This document shows positions 1 through 12,800 of a stretch of DNA of 64,000 nt, in pieces. Source of the stretch: Antedon mediterranea. Taxonomy: Eukaryota > Animalia > Echinodermata. Position numbers and translations under genes: made by a program. The notes beneath the pieces are model-generated. The model made no database searches. It saw only the letters and a program-made list of their open reading frames with translations, and was not told the DNA's origin. Location of the stretch: assembly GCF_964355755.1 (NCBI RefSeq), contig NC_092679.1, positions 2,200,201 to 2,264,200 on the forward strand, given 5' to 3'. Within the stretch, counting starts at the first letter, position 1, and each line of letters starts with the position of its first letter.

Positions 1-1026
1 CCAGGCCTAAGATTATGAATCGATAAAAAAGAACATTTGATTTAGGCTAAAAATGGAGAAACAATTCATCGTTTAATTTATATGGAAATTCTTAAGCGCA
101 GAGTTTAACTGTTAGTGTTAGGAGACATTCTATTTATGTGGTTGTTTAGATAGTTTATATAATCTTTTTTTTTACTTGTTTTTTTAGTTTTAAACATGTT
201 AAACTTATGTGTTAGAGAAAAGATATTAGTTAAATTGTTGTTTTTTTGGAGTTTCTAATTGTGTTATTTTATTTATATTTTATTTTTTGTTTTTGTTTTG
301 AGGAGCCTTTTCACCACAAGCTTTGCTTTCTTTTAGGCTCCTCCACTTTATATTTATATATTTGTAAAGTGAAATAAATAAATGAAATGAAATAGTGATA
401 TGTTCGTGAGATCAAGGGGTCCAATTATTAAATCATCTTTGATTTTGCTTAGGTTAAGTAAGTTTCTAAATCAAATATTTGTATTTTTTTGCAACTCTTA
501 GATGAGGAAGTCCATTCAATAAGGTAAACTAAGCCTCAGTTTTCCACTTAAGCAATTCTTAACTGGGTATTAACTACCTCGACTTAAGCAAAACGGCTGA
601 CACAAATGCAAGCCATGCATTCAACGTTTATCTAGAGCCTCGACGGCACTGGACTTAATGTGGTCAAATTAACCGAGTCGCCGGCTAAAGTGACCAAGAA
701 AAGTCCAATCCAAACATTGCTACAATTCCCACAGGGTTAAATTAACCAAGTTACTTTTACCAACCACTGCCTGGCCAGTAGAGCTTATCATGGTTTCAGT
801 AAAACCAACCACGCAGCTAAAGTCCTATCCGAACGTGGGGCGCATGTTAACAATCACAGTTACATTTTGGTAAAATTACGGTAAAACTAACTGCTTTAAA
901 ATAGTGCGAACGATGGTCAAATCTTCTGCTGACATTGGGTAAAGCTACCGTGGTTCATTTTAGAATTTTTCAAGTCCAGTGAGAACAAGGCTTAATTTTG
1001 AATTTATAATTAATAAGTAAACTCAC

Positions 1027-1101
1027 CTTCGCTTGAACTTCGCACTGGTCGTCGTCCTCGTCCTGGTTGATGTGCCTCCTGTTTAAACACTGCCTAATCA
1101 T
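1027..1101 (-). CDS. Possible first coding exon of an unidentified gene continuing off the left edge
   Basis: ATG at 1101, 25 open codons (MIRQCLNRRHINQDEDDDQCEVQAK), consensus donor AAG|GTGAGT. Locally GC-richer. No family recognised. Confidence 0.3.
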
Positions 1102-2052
1102 TGTTTAAACAAATGTTCCGAGTTGCGCAATGATTACATTGGTTCTATTCTAGTGAATCTGGTTTAAACCTGATTTGTTATCTTAAGTTCCACTATAATG
1201 TCTTACCCTTTACGCTAATATATATCATAAGCAAATGCGAATTTGTTTATTTAGTTCTTAAACATGACGAGTAGGGTTCACCAGCCTGGGTAGCGATGAG
1301 AAACAACCGTACACTAACTTCCTTTACAATGATTGAACCGACACCGTTCATCATACAAGCATGACGCCCACCATCCGCGCCGATATACGCACGCCTTTTA
1401 GCAGCATTCTATTACCCAAGCGAAAATATATTAGTTGATTTGATGTATGAGGTGGTGGATGGAGTTGTGAAAAAAGGTGATTCCATACACCACTCCTCTT
1501 CCACAACTAATTCCTAGAGATTAATAAATAAAGCTTAGTTCCCACTAGTGCTCGAGTGGAATCGGGTTAAACTCCGTTTCCACAGGCAGTTTATCGGTTA
1601 ATTATCAGTTAATTTTTATCGTTTAATTATGGGTTAGTTTTTGGCTGTGAAAACACGGCCCTAGTGGGAGCCAAGGTTAACTAAACGGCAAAACGTAATA
1701 CATTGTGATAAGTTTACGGTTTTAAAATCCACTTTTTATTCTATTATTAAATGAACACTGTACAATCATTTTATACACTCTTTTCTAATTCAATATGTAA
1801 AAGAAAGTATTCGTTCTAGTACATATTGGATTTATCTATATTGTATATAAAAAAGAAATTGCCAAATTGTACAAAATTATTTTTTAGAAACACAAACTAA
1901 AGAAAAACATCATTTCTAAGGAATAAACAACCAACACACGATTGATTGTTCAACCAAATAATAATTAGCAAATGTAAATAATTCGCTTTATTTATTTGAA
2001 ATTGCGATTATTATCTCATAACTGAGAATCATCGGTGGTATGTGCGCTTTAA

Positions 2053-2381
2053 AGATGTATTGTCCCCCTGAAAATTTTTTTGTTTAATATGCCATTTTAA
2101 TGTCACACAATAGTTATTGACTTCGAGCAAAAATTGGATTACCAAAAATGTATTTACCCTGAAAAAAATGGAATTTAAAGCAAAAAATAGTCAAATTGGC
2201 TGCCAGCAAATGGATTTTTGGTTGAATTTAACCATTAATCATGTTATTTTATAAGTGAAAACAAAATTTTTTTTTTTTTTTTCTACGGAAGTGATTCACT
2301 TTATTAAAACTACAAAATAACCTATTTCAAGTCTGATTTAATTAATCTTCATTTTTCATGTTTTTGGGGGACAATACATCT
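2053..2381. mobile_element. Non-autonomous DNA transposon (MITE family C), Kolobok-like
   Basis: TIR AGATGTATTGTCCCCC...GGGGGACAATACATCT flanked by TTAA on both sides. Related copies at ~8821, 27290-27621, 32461-32762, 34524-34833, 58550-60402. Confidence 0.8.
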
Positions 2382-3282
2382 TTAATAGTACAGTAGTATT
2401 ATTATTTCACTTCGCCTCAATATCTCCAAAAACCAAGCAAACTTCTGCAATTAATCATTTGGATCCGCCTCTAGTAGTAGTTTCCAAAGATTAAAATATA
2501 TATCACTGCATATTAAGTAGCAAGTTAAATCATTACAGGGTACTCTGAATAATAGTTTACATTACATACAAGTCCCAAACTGTGTAGTGGCACTATAGAT
2601 TGGTGCTTAGCTTGTTCGACAAACAGCACAGGTTCAAATCCTTGCGTAGTTTTCATACCAGAATAGTTTGGAATATTACTATACATAGCCAAGTTTATAT
2701 TATTTGTTTTTAGCATTTCTTTACAAGCTTGCGGATGTTTTCTCAAATATAAGTATGACACGCCAGGTGTGCCTAAATGTGTTTCTTTTTACTTAAGCAA
2801 AATCGCTATCTAGAACCTAAACAAGTATTTTACCATTGTTTCATTCTTTAATATGTAATTGCAGATTTGATGAGAGTTCCTTTAAATTTACTCATTATTA
2901 TTAGTTTTACATTAAAAAATTATGTAATTTAAAACCTTTAATAATATAATAAATATTAATAAAATAATTATTAAATATTGTAACTGTTTTTAAGTGATAA
3001 AATTGGTTTAAAACATGTTACCGCTCCATACCCAACACAGTTTGAGTTAAATTAAGTATAAATAATACAAAATTATCACAGCAAATGATCTCTTTGCTAA
3101 TTAATGCATGATAACATTTTACCAATAAACCAAAACAAAGATTATCATATTCATGAATATTCATGAGTAACTGGTATCAAGGTTTACCGAAGTCAGGGAA
3201 GAGTTAAATTAACCATAACCAACCAATGACCCAGTGCATAATAACCAATAGGATAAAAACAAATTCATTGATGCATAACTAA

Positions 3283-3841
3283 TGAGGTCAAATGAATGAC
3301 CTGCATATTCATTGACGTCTATGAATAATAGCATGATGATACAAGTATATCAGTCAAAATTACCAATCGGCCATTGATGCATAACCAATGAGGTCATATG
3401 AATGACCTGCATATTCATTGACGTCTATGAATAATAGCATGATGATACAAGTATATCAGTCAAAATTACCAATTGGCCATTGATGCATAACCAATGAGGT
3501 CATGTGAATGACCTGCATATTCATTGACGTCTATGAATAATAGCATGATGATACAAGTATATCAGTCAAAATTACCAATCGGCCATTGATGCATAACCAA
3601 TGAGGTCATATGAATGACCTGCATATTCATTGACGTCTATGAATAATAGCACGGTGATACAAGTATATCAGTCAAAATTACCAATTGGCCATTGATGCAT
3701 AACCAATGAGGTCATGGGAAATGGTCAATGACCTATCCATTGATGCATAACCAATGAGGTCATATGAATGACCTGCATTTTCATTGAGTCCTATGCGTAA
3801 TAGCACGGTGATACAAGTAGATCAGTCAAAATTACCAATTG
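3283..3841 (-). repeat. 106-bp tandem array copying the PSME4 last codons, stop and proximal 3'UTR
   Basis: The stop-codon motif ctatgaataatagc recurs at 3319, 3425, 3531 and 3637 (period 106) and is homologous to the true stop region at 3791-3841. Confidence 0.9.
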
Positions 3842-6800
3842 ATCATCCGTAAACTGTTGCTTGTGCTCCTGCCAGTTGTCGTGGTGTGTCCGTCTAAAAT
3901 CTGAGAAAGTCTTTCGAACAGTTAACTGTGGGAAAATAAGAAATAAGTTTTAACAGATGAAGTTTATTTTAAATGTTATTTATTGTATAAAATATTTAAC
4001 CCTTTATGAAACAAACTGTTTACCTCTATTGGCTGTGGGTCATGGAGATGGTCAGTCAAGTCCATAAGGATCTGTGGCATCCAGATAGGGACATCGTACG
4101 GACACGATTGTATGCAGGCACTTAGTCCAAGTACACCAGCATGACGTTGTATGATAGAAGAATAGAAAGCTAAAGAGAAAAGACAAAACATTACAGGGGT
4201 CAAAGTTCAAAGGTCAGGAGAACTTACAGGTTAAAAGTTGAATGTTAGGCTACTGCATGTATTATTCATTGAATGGTAAATACCTTCTGCATTAAACTGT
4301 GGATCCTGAAGTCTTAGTCTCTTTGCAGGCAGCTTTGTCTTACATAACTTCTCAAAGTCTTTCTGGAGTTGGGAGTCCATCTTAAAGAATCCGCAGTGAA
4401 ATAGGCCACTCAGTGTTGTAGCGGCTGCTTCACGTACCTGTTATTGTAAAATAATACTATTCATTTATATGTATAACTGGAGTAATGATAAGCAAGTAAG
4501 TAATGAAAACATTGAATATATGCTAATTACCTCAAGACGCTCATCTTTCAGTAGGCCAACAATGAGGTTCTTAATTTGTTCAACATACTGTGGCTGACTG
4601 ATGGCATACAGGTTGTAGAAGATCATCACTTGCATGTATTGTAGCATGCTACATTTACCATGCCAAGAAGTACCAATAGCAACCTGAAAAAAAGAACATA
4701 GGTCAGTATGTTGGTTGCCACATTCTTTGCTTACTGTGAGCCAAAGTGCGTGTAAGCGTGGTTCCCACTAGCACGTATCGCAGTGATGTATCGATGCAAA
4801 GTACTTTATGGTGTTATCACAAGTGGGAACCGACAACGCATCAGTGCTGCAAACATAGCTACGGGAAATCAAATCAGTTTGATTTCACGCAATGATACAA
4901 GCCAAGAACACTGGAAAGTGCAGAGTGTAGCCAACTATGCAGGGTGAACCTGGTCAGTCCATGGAAGCCAACTTTGACGCAAAATATGCAGGTTTGATTT
5001 CACGCAGGCAGTGGCAAACACAATTATTGGAATTTTCTTACGTTGCGGTGCATTGCTAGTGAGAACCACGATTTACTTTCAGCCACTAGAGACGCAACAC
5101 AAGCAAGATGACCACTGACAAAAGTGACAGTTTGAATACTCCATCGCTTGTAATTGGTCACTTACGTTGTATTACGTCTTTGTGGGAACTAAACTAAGCA
5201 TTAGCCAATGAGAAAGTTATTTCTACATGCTTTAGCCTACTGGTAAGCTAAAAGCATGTACTTTAAAATGTTACTCATTTACTAACCTGTTCCAGAGCCT
5301 TTATCGCATGTGGAATAATATGAGAGGGCATGAGGCTTTGTGCCATGCAGGCTAACGTCAGACACGCTAACTCACTCAGTTCTTCGTCCGATTCTACCGT
5401 CTCTAGAGGTGCAAGCTATGCAAAAATACATGTAAAAAATTTACTACAGAATCTTGAATGTATAAGGTCTAAACTGTACAAATACTGCAGCATTGAAAGT
5501 CTCTATGTAATGTAGTGCAACATTTATATAGCGGTATTTCATGAAGATCAGAGCGCTGTGGACTTAGATGTTACACCTTTTGAACAACATTCTTCTCCCC
5601 TAAGGGTCATATCGTGTCATCGGCAGCCAACTACGGGGCCATTATGTCTGTCCACGAGCAATATGCATACACTGGACCTATGGTTTATAGTCCTTATCCA
5701 AAAATACTTGTTCTACCACCAGAAGCATGGAGCGAGTGAGCCTCGATTATGGTTCCACTGTCTTAATCGCTCTCTACATTTATGAAAAAAACAAAAAGAT
5801 ACTTACCATTGGTAAAAACTGCAGCATTTCAGGTGTTACATGCGAAAACATTTTTCCTATACTGCCAATCAACCATTTCATTACTATATTGAAACAAGTA
5901 AATTATTGGTGTATAAAGTTTACAACATTAATAATAATAATAATAATATCCTGGATTTATATAGCACCTAATGTTGTGTAACCTCTAAGCGCTGAACATT
6001 ATTACCCTGGTCATTTTTTGCATCAATACAGTATGAAAACAAGTTAAACTTATAATGTACCACAGAGGCAGTACTGTATGATATACATTTTATACACATT
6101 AGATATCATGTATGACATTGAGTCAGAATAACCTGCACATGCCTTAAGGCTAACTAAGACAGAATTGTACGATGGAGCCTAACAAAACATCTTGACTCGC
6201 CAGTGCTGTCTGAGCTGAATCCCGATGAGACAAGTCTTGCGAGAACATTAAAAATGATTAACTTTCTCAACGCTGTCTGAGATGGCCTTATTGATATGAA
6301 CAGTTTGACCAGAAATGTGATGTACCTGTTTTACTAAGCTTAATTATATCTTGTCTGGCTTCATCTTCACTTGATTGCACTTCCATCACTTCCATGTTGC
6401 TCGCTGATGCACCACCCTCTATCACCAGCTTTTTTAAAGCCGTTAGCCTGGGTAGTAACTTGGAAGCAAATTCTTGTGTGTGTGGAGAAGTAGTTACATT
6501 TCCATTAGGCATTGTGTAATCAAACAGGAAAATCCAGGACAAGACACTGCAAAGCAAAGGAGTATTTAATTAACTAGCGCGTTTAATAGAGCAACTATAA
6601 AGTAATCATATAATAAATACTAGTAAAGTGTCATTAATAAGCGTCCCCTGAATAGGAGTTGACCAGTGTTAACATTATATTATAACATAGGTTCAAGGAT
6701 GTAGCCAATCAGACGCACAGAAATGAGTTTAACTTCTTTCTAGGCAAGGCCAAGGTGTCTTCACCCAAAAAGGTATAAGTGAAATTAGTTCATAAGCCCA

Positions 6801-9800
6801 TTTTATAAACAAATAATGCACAAGTCTAAATTTGTATGTTACTGCAGATGCACCGGCCAGTTACTTACTTTCCAACTCTATCCCGTACATTCTTATAAGT
6901 GTGTGTAAGGTGTTGCTCAAGGTAGGCTAACAACCTATGAAGTAGGCTTGGTACTCTCCACTCCTGCTGTATTAGACAGCCTTGTAAGACAAACAGTCGG
7001 CTGGCATCACTGAACGAGCCACCGTCTCCTCTGATGGGGCTTTCCATGAGTGTCTCTAACAGCCAGTAGAGTTTACGAGGGTCACGGCTCTCACTGGCGG
7101 CAGTGAAGCAAGTGTTCCAGTCTCTTATCGTCTCCACTGTCATTTGACCGAGTACTGTCCGAAGAATTGGCACTAAGAACTCCCATAGCTTCTCAATCTA
7201 TATTAATAAACAGCATCTATTTTAGTTGCTATTCCGAACGTTTTTGTTTGTATATTGGACTCATAAGCAAAAATCAGCCTCTATTTGATTACAGAAAAAA
7301 TGAAATAAAACACACACAAAACAATGATAAACTTTGATAATTTTTTTTGGTATTGTTGCCAGAGCTTGTGGCCAATTGTTTGTGTTTTTGGAAATGAAAT
7401 AACAATAATTAAAAACAAATAAGCAATGATATAAAGAGAATCAGATTATAGGTGAAAGAACCTTTAAGATTTGTCTACACCATCAAGGTATGCAAAAAGT
7501 GTGATGTGACCATATATGGTAGTGGCATGCCCAAATATGGTAGTGAAATGACATCATCATGTCCATATATATGCACATCACATTTTTTTTTACCTCTCTG
7601 ATAACCAATGATCTTATATACACGATACATTTGTTATTGTAATATAACAAGTTCAGCCGTACGTTACCTTTTCATATGGCCAGTGCTTGTAGCCTCTAAT
7701 AAGAGCCGATACAATTTCAGAAAGACATCGTTGGCTGCTTTCCTGAGTGTCCTCCGAGAGTCTTTGAAGATGAGGCTTAAGAACCGGTAGAAACGCATCA
7801 TCAAAATTACGAAACAATCCCTGCAATGGAGTATTGTATCATTATAATAATAACAATAACAATTAATAACAATAATAATAATAATATGGAATTATAGAGC
7901 GCACATAATGCTCCAATAAAAAAAAAATTCAATATACACTAAATGAATGGAGTGGTAGGTTGGTGCTATTGATGCCTAAATCCAGATGTTCCTGGGTTCA
8001 AGACATGCTTGATGGATTTTATCTTAAACTACAATGTAATATCAAACAATATAATAATAATAATATAGATTTATATAGCGCACATACCGCTCACGTAAAA
8101 AAAAATAACAAAAAGAAAATTCAATAGACACTAAATGAATGGAGTGGTAGGTTGGTGCTATTGATGCCTAAATCCAGTTGTTCCTGGGTTTAAGTCATGC
8201 CTGATGCACAATCAGGTAGTATAAATATTCAAACAATAACAAACAATTATAACACTGACCTTAAAGAGTGTGAAACGTTTACTTTGGAATTTGTCCTTTC
8301 CCTTGCGTTCTTCTAGCGACAAGAAACGTATTAAGCGTTCTACAAAATCTGCATCGCTGAAAGCTGTGTATATTGCAAGTTCCCCCTAAAAGTAATATTA
8401 TAAATATACATATTGTATATAAAATAAAACGATACAAGATGATGACTAAATATGAAGTCGTTTTATTTTATTTAGCTCTACCTCTGTGTATCATGCATTC
8501 TACCCAGGTGATTACTTATTCTTATTTTCACAGATTTCCTTATCTTAATCGTTAATTATTAATAAATTATTTATTAATTAAAATTTCAGTGTATCACCAG
8601 GTGGTTTAGAATTCATGTTCTATGCCTGTTCTGTTTATTGTATATATATATTTTATTAAACATATTCATTTATCAACTGTTAAAATGTGTGGCTTTGAAA
8701 TGAAGTAGGAGCATACTTACTGGTGATAACTCTTCTATACTTCTTCCTAGCTTAGGCTGTTCACTCATTGGTGCATATACTTCAAATGACCTGAAATAAT
8801 TAATTATAAATGAATTTTAAAGATGTATTGTACCCCAAAAACATAAAAAATAAAAATCAATTTTAAAAAAAGATTTTGAATAGGCCATTTCACAGTTTTA
8901 ATCAAGTTAATAAAAAAACCCACAAAATTAAAGCAAAAACCATTGACTTCCAGGCAATTTGATTATTTGTGGTATGTTGATAAAACAAGCAAAACATTTA
9001 CTTTGGCCACTGGTAATAACCCCAGTGTGTTTTTTCAACAAACACCATCTTCTCCCATTCATCTTTGGTGGGTGGATGTGTACAATCGTAGTGGTGCCAT
9101 GTATTATCAGAACGAACACCTGGGTTCAATCCTCCGTCTGATGCAGATGATGTTGATAATGCCTGGGCAGCTGGGTCTATGACCATCTTTTTGTGAGGCC
9201 GCTTTTGCTGTTTTAAAATTGCACCTACTGTAGCGATAGCAATCTATTGAGAAATAAAACATAATGTTTAATTAAGAAATGTTTTTATATTTATTTTTTA
9301 TAAGTTTGTTTTTTAAGTATTATCTTGGCATCTAGAAAATTAAAAAAAAGTTACCTTGCGAACCGTTAATGCTTCGTGAACTAGACTATTGACCATAAGA
9401 CGAACACCACTCGGTGGGAATGGAATGTCCGTCCGTATAAGCAATCCTAGAAACCCTAGTGCCAGTTGGGAAAACTTCCAACGTCTATCATAAACAATAG
9501 AAAAGAATATTGATATATTATGTGAAAAAAACACATGATTACACTAATATTGTATCTTTATTTTTTTATTTATTTTTTTTTTATATTTATTTATTAATAT
9601 TTTTAGTTATTTTTTTTCTATATTTATTTATTAATATTTTAATTTATTTATTTTTTTTAAGGCTCGCCCACAAGGTGTTTGTCTTTATCTCTCCAGGCAT
9701 CTGCATTCATTCTCTGACCTATTATCAATATATAATTGCATTGTATTTTTCTTTTCCTATTTTAGTCAGAGTTAAAAAAATAAAACATTAGTATTCACTT

Positions 9801-12800
9801 ATAAATTCATATTTTAAAAACGTAAATAAGAATATAAAATAATAACTTACAGATTACCATCTTCAATTAGGTTAACAAGAGATTCCACTAAATTGTTATA
9901 AATCCTGTAAAAAACAGAAAAAAAAATGTATATAAGAGCTATAAAGATTCAGATTTATTTGGTCCTTCAATTCATGACAGGCACAATCACTCACATAAAA
10001 ATGCAATGATATACAAAATACTTAAAAATAAAGTACTATTCCACTCAAATTCAAATCCTAGACTACTGAAATCTTAATACATACCTAGTATTTTCTTGGT
10101 TCCTTCCTTCAAGCCATATCGTAGCTTCTTTCAATTCATCTGGTGATAGCCCAGGTTTGCTTGCTGCTGGGACCGCTGCAGAATCAAGCAGTGGATCAAC
10201 GGCCTTTAAACATTCATCAGTTACCTGAAAAATATGCAAATTAGGTTGAATACTATGCAAATTATGCTTACCTAACCTGTGGTTAAAATATGCAACTCAA
10301 TTTAATTATGGTAGCATTATATGCAATACATAATAAATTCCACTGCAGATGGACATTATGCAAATTAGATGGAAAATATGCAAATTAGATTATATTTATT
10401 AATATTAAATAAAACTAGCAATGTATTTTACAGGTCTGAAACTTAACAGGGCTGATAAAAAAACATTAGAATTCTTCAATTTGATGATGAACTGTCCTTT
10501 TTTAAATAGGTTTTAGCTAAAGATAAATGAAAGATATAAAGCTCTGTCTACACTATAAAACAAAGTTTGACAAAAACAGTGTGATTTGCCCAAATATGGT
10601 AGTGATATGTTGAAATATGGTAGCGATATGACATCATCATGTCCATATATGGGCAAATCACATTTTTTTTATAATGTAGACAGAGCTTTAGATTACCTGA
10701 TAGTTGACTGCAACTGTGCTGAAGTGTTTTTGTATCTTCACCATAAGTTTGTCCATAACTGCTGTTATAGATGGCTTCTCCGAGTGTCCAGCTTGGATGA
10801 TTGCCAACCAGGAGTCATGTAGCACCTTCCACCTGTGAATACATGCAAATGGGGGACGACCATGCCCTACCATTATGTACAGAGAACCCTATGAAGAAAA
10901 CAAAACAATAATAGTAATTAGTATCTATGTGCAGTTGAATAAGGCTATTTTGTAGTAATTTGATTTTAATGATATTTAAAAAAACATCAAAACAATTCAC
11001 TGACACAAATAAAATCTATAGCTGCCAAAAAAGTTGGATTAAGGATTTTTTTTACAAAAGGCCTTCAATTAATAAATATCAGTTACAAACAATTTCATAC
11101 AAAAAATAAATAAATAACAAAAATATATATAAAAAAAATCAATAAAAATAAAAAAAAATTAATAAATACAATTTTAAAAAAAAATTTATTTTGCAAAAAA
11201 AATATATAAATTGAGATAACTCGCAATATGGCAGTTGACTGTACACAGAAAGATAAGCTGCTAAAAAATTAGACAATGATGAGTGTGTTTTACCTTAAAC
11301 TGGTGATGTGGAATATCCTTATCCTCCTTCAAGCCTGCTAAAACCTTGCTTACAGTGTCATGCCTTGAGGCGCTATAATAATCATAACATTGTAGCAATA
11401 CCTCCTGCGCTTTAGTACGTACCTTTAAGGAAGGCAACAACAAATATTATAAATAATGTAAAAACTGTAACTGTATTCAAAATCAACAAACATATATTTC
11501 ATCAAATGCCATACAAATAATATAGAGCATAAAAATGAGGAGCAACCTACAAGATAACTTGTCTCAGTTGGCCCTTTAATATTTGGTCTATAATATGATA
11601 CAAAATCTACAGACTTGTTTAAAAGGCATCTGAAATCATATTTATTTCAACAAATTTACTAGTGCTAGCGGTTCTAGCGTTGCGCCTTAGGACTTATATT
11701 TATGGAAAGAATTCGGAGCATTATAAATATGAATTGAATTAAAAGCAAACACAGCGACGGCACTGTAGCTTGGTGGTTAACATGCTTGCCTTTAAATCCC
11801 AAGGTCCAGGGTTCAATCATAAGCCTAAATAAAAACTGCTGAGAATTTGTCTTCATATCTTACCACGCTGTAATGACTTGTAGACAAGGTCACAAGGTTG
11901 TGAACTATGACCCGGTCATTAGCCGTATACAGTCCTTTACTACTGTTGATCCTGCGGAAGTCATGCTGAAGGTAAATCCTGTCAATCAGAAGTGGTCGCA
12001 GGTGCCTCTTGTTTTTTCGTAGCTATAAATCAAATAAGACTTAGTTTATATAAGCACGATAAATTATAAAATAGTTTATCCATCCTATAATTGGTGAGTA
12101 AATCGCTGTTGGATGTCTAAGAAATGAAAAAATTGTTATTCAAAATATATCATTGTTGAAAACTGACCATATACAGAGTTTGTAATTGTTCATACCTTGT
12201 CCTCCATTGACCGCTTGACCAAAGCAAAACTATGGCTTCTTGAGTTGTATTCTTCTTTACTGCATCCAAAGTATGACACAAGATTAGAGTAAATCTTAAA
12301 GAAAAAAAATGTTTCGGATAAAATCATAGAATACTGAACAATTATTCGTAACATTTTGAGAACTAATAGACAGGGTGGAATTTAAAACTCTGAGAAATGT
12401 GAAAGTATGTACGCTTTGTGAATCTGTGCAAATTTCTATCCAAATATCTCTCAAAAATATTTCTGTTCATCAGATAACCTATTATGTTTTAATTTTCCAA
12501 CACTAGTTTCGTATTTAACAAATTTAGATAGACTTCTTATAAATAAGTCTATGAACAGGCAATTTGACCTAAAACAGTTAGCTTTAATTTCTACTTTGGA
12601 AAAGGTGAATAAAGCTTGGTTCTCACTATCAAAAACGTAAACGCAAGCGTGTTGACCAATGACAAGCAACAGTTCAAATAATCCATCGCTTGTGATTGGT
12701 CAACTCACTTACATTGGGTTACGTCCTTGTGTTGCGTCTTTAGTGGGAACCAAGCATAAATAAAATTGATTGTTGACTCACAACAATGATGTGAAGCATT

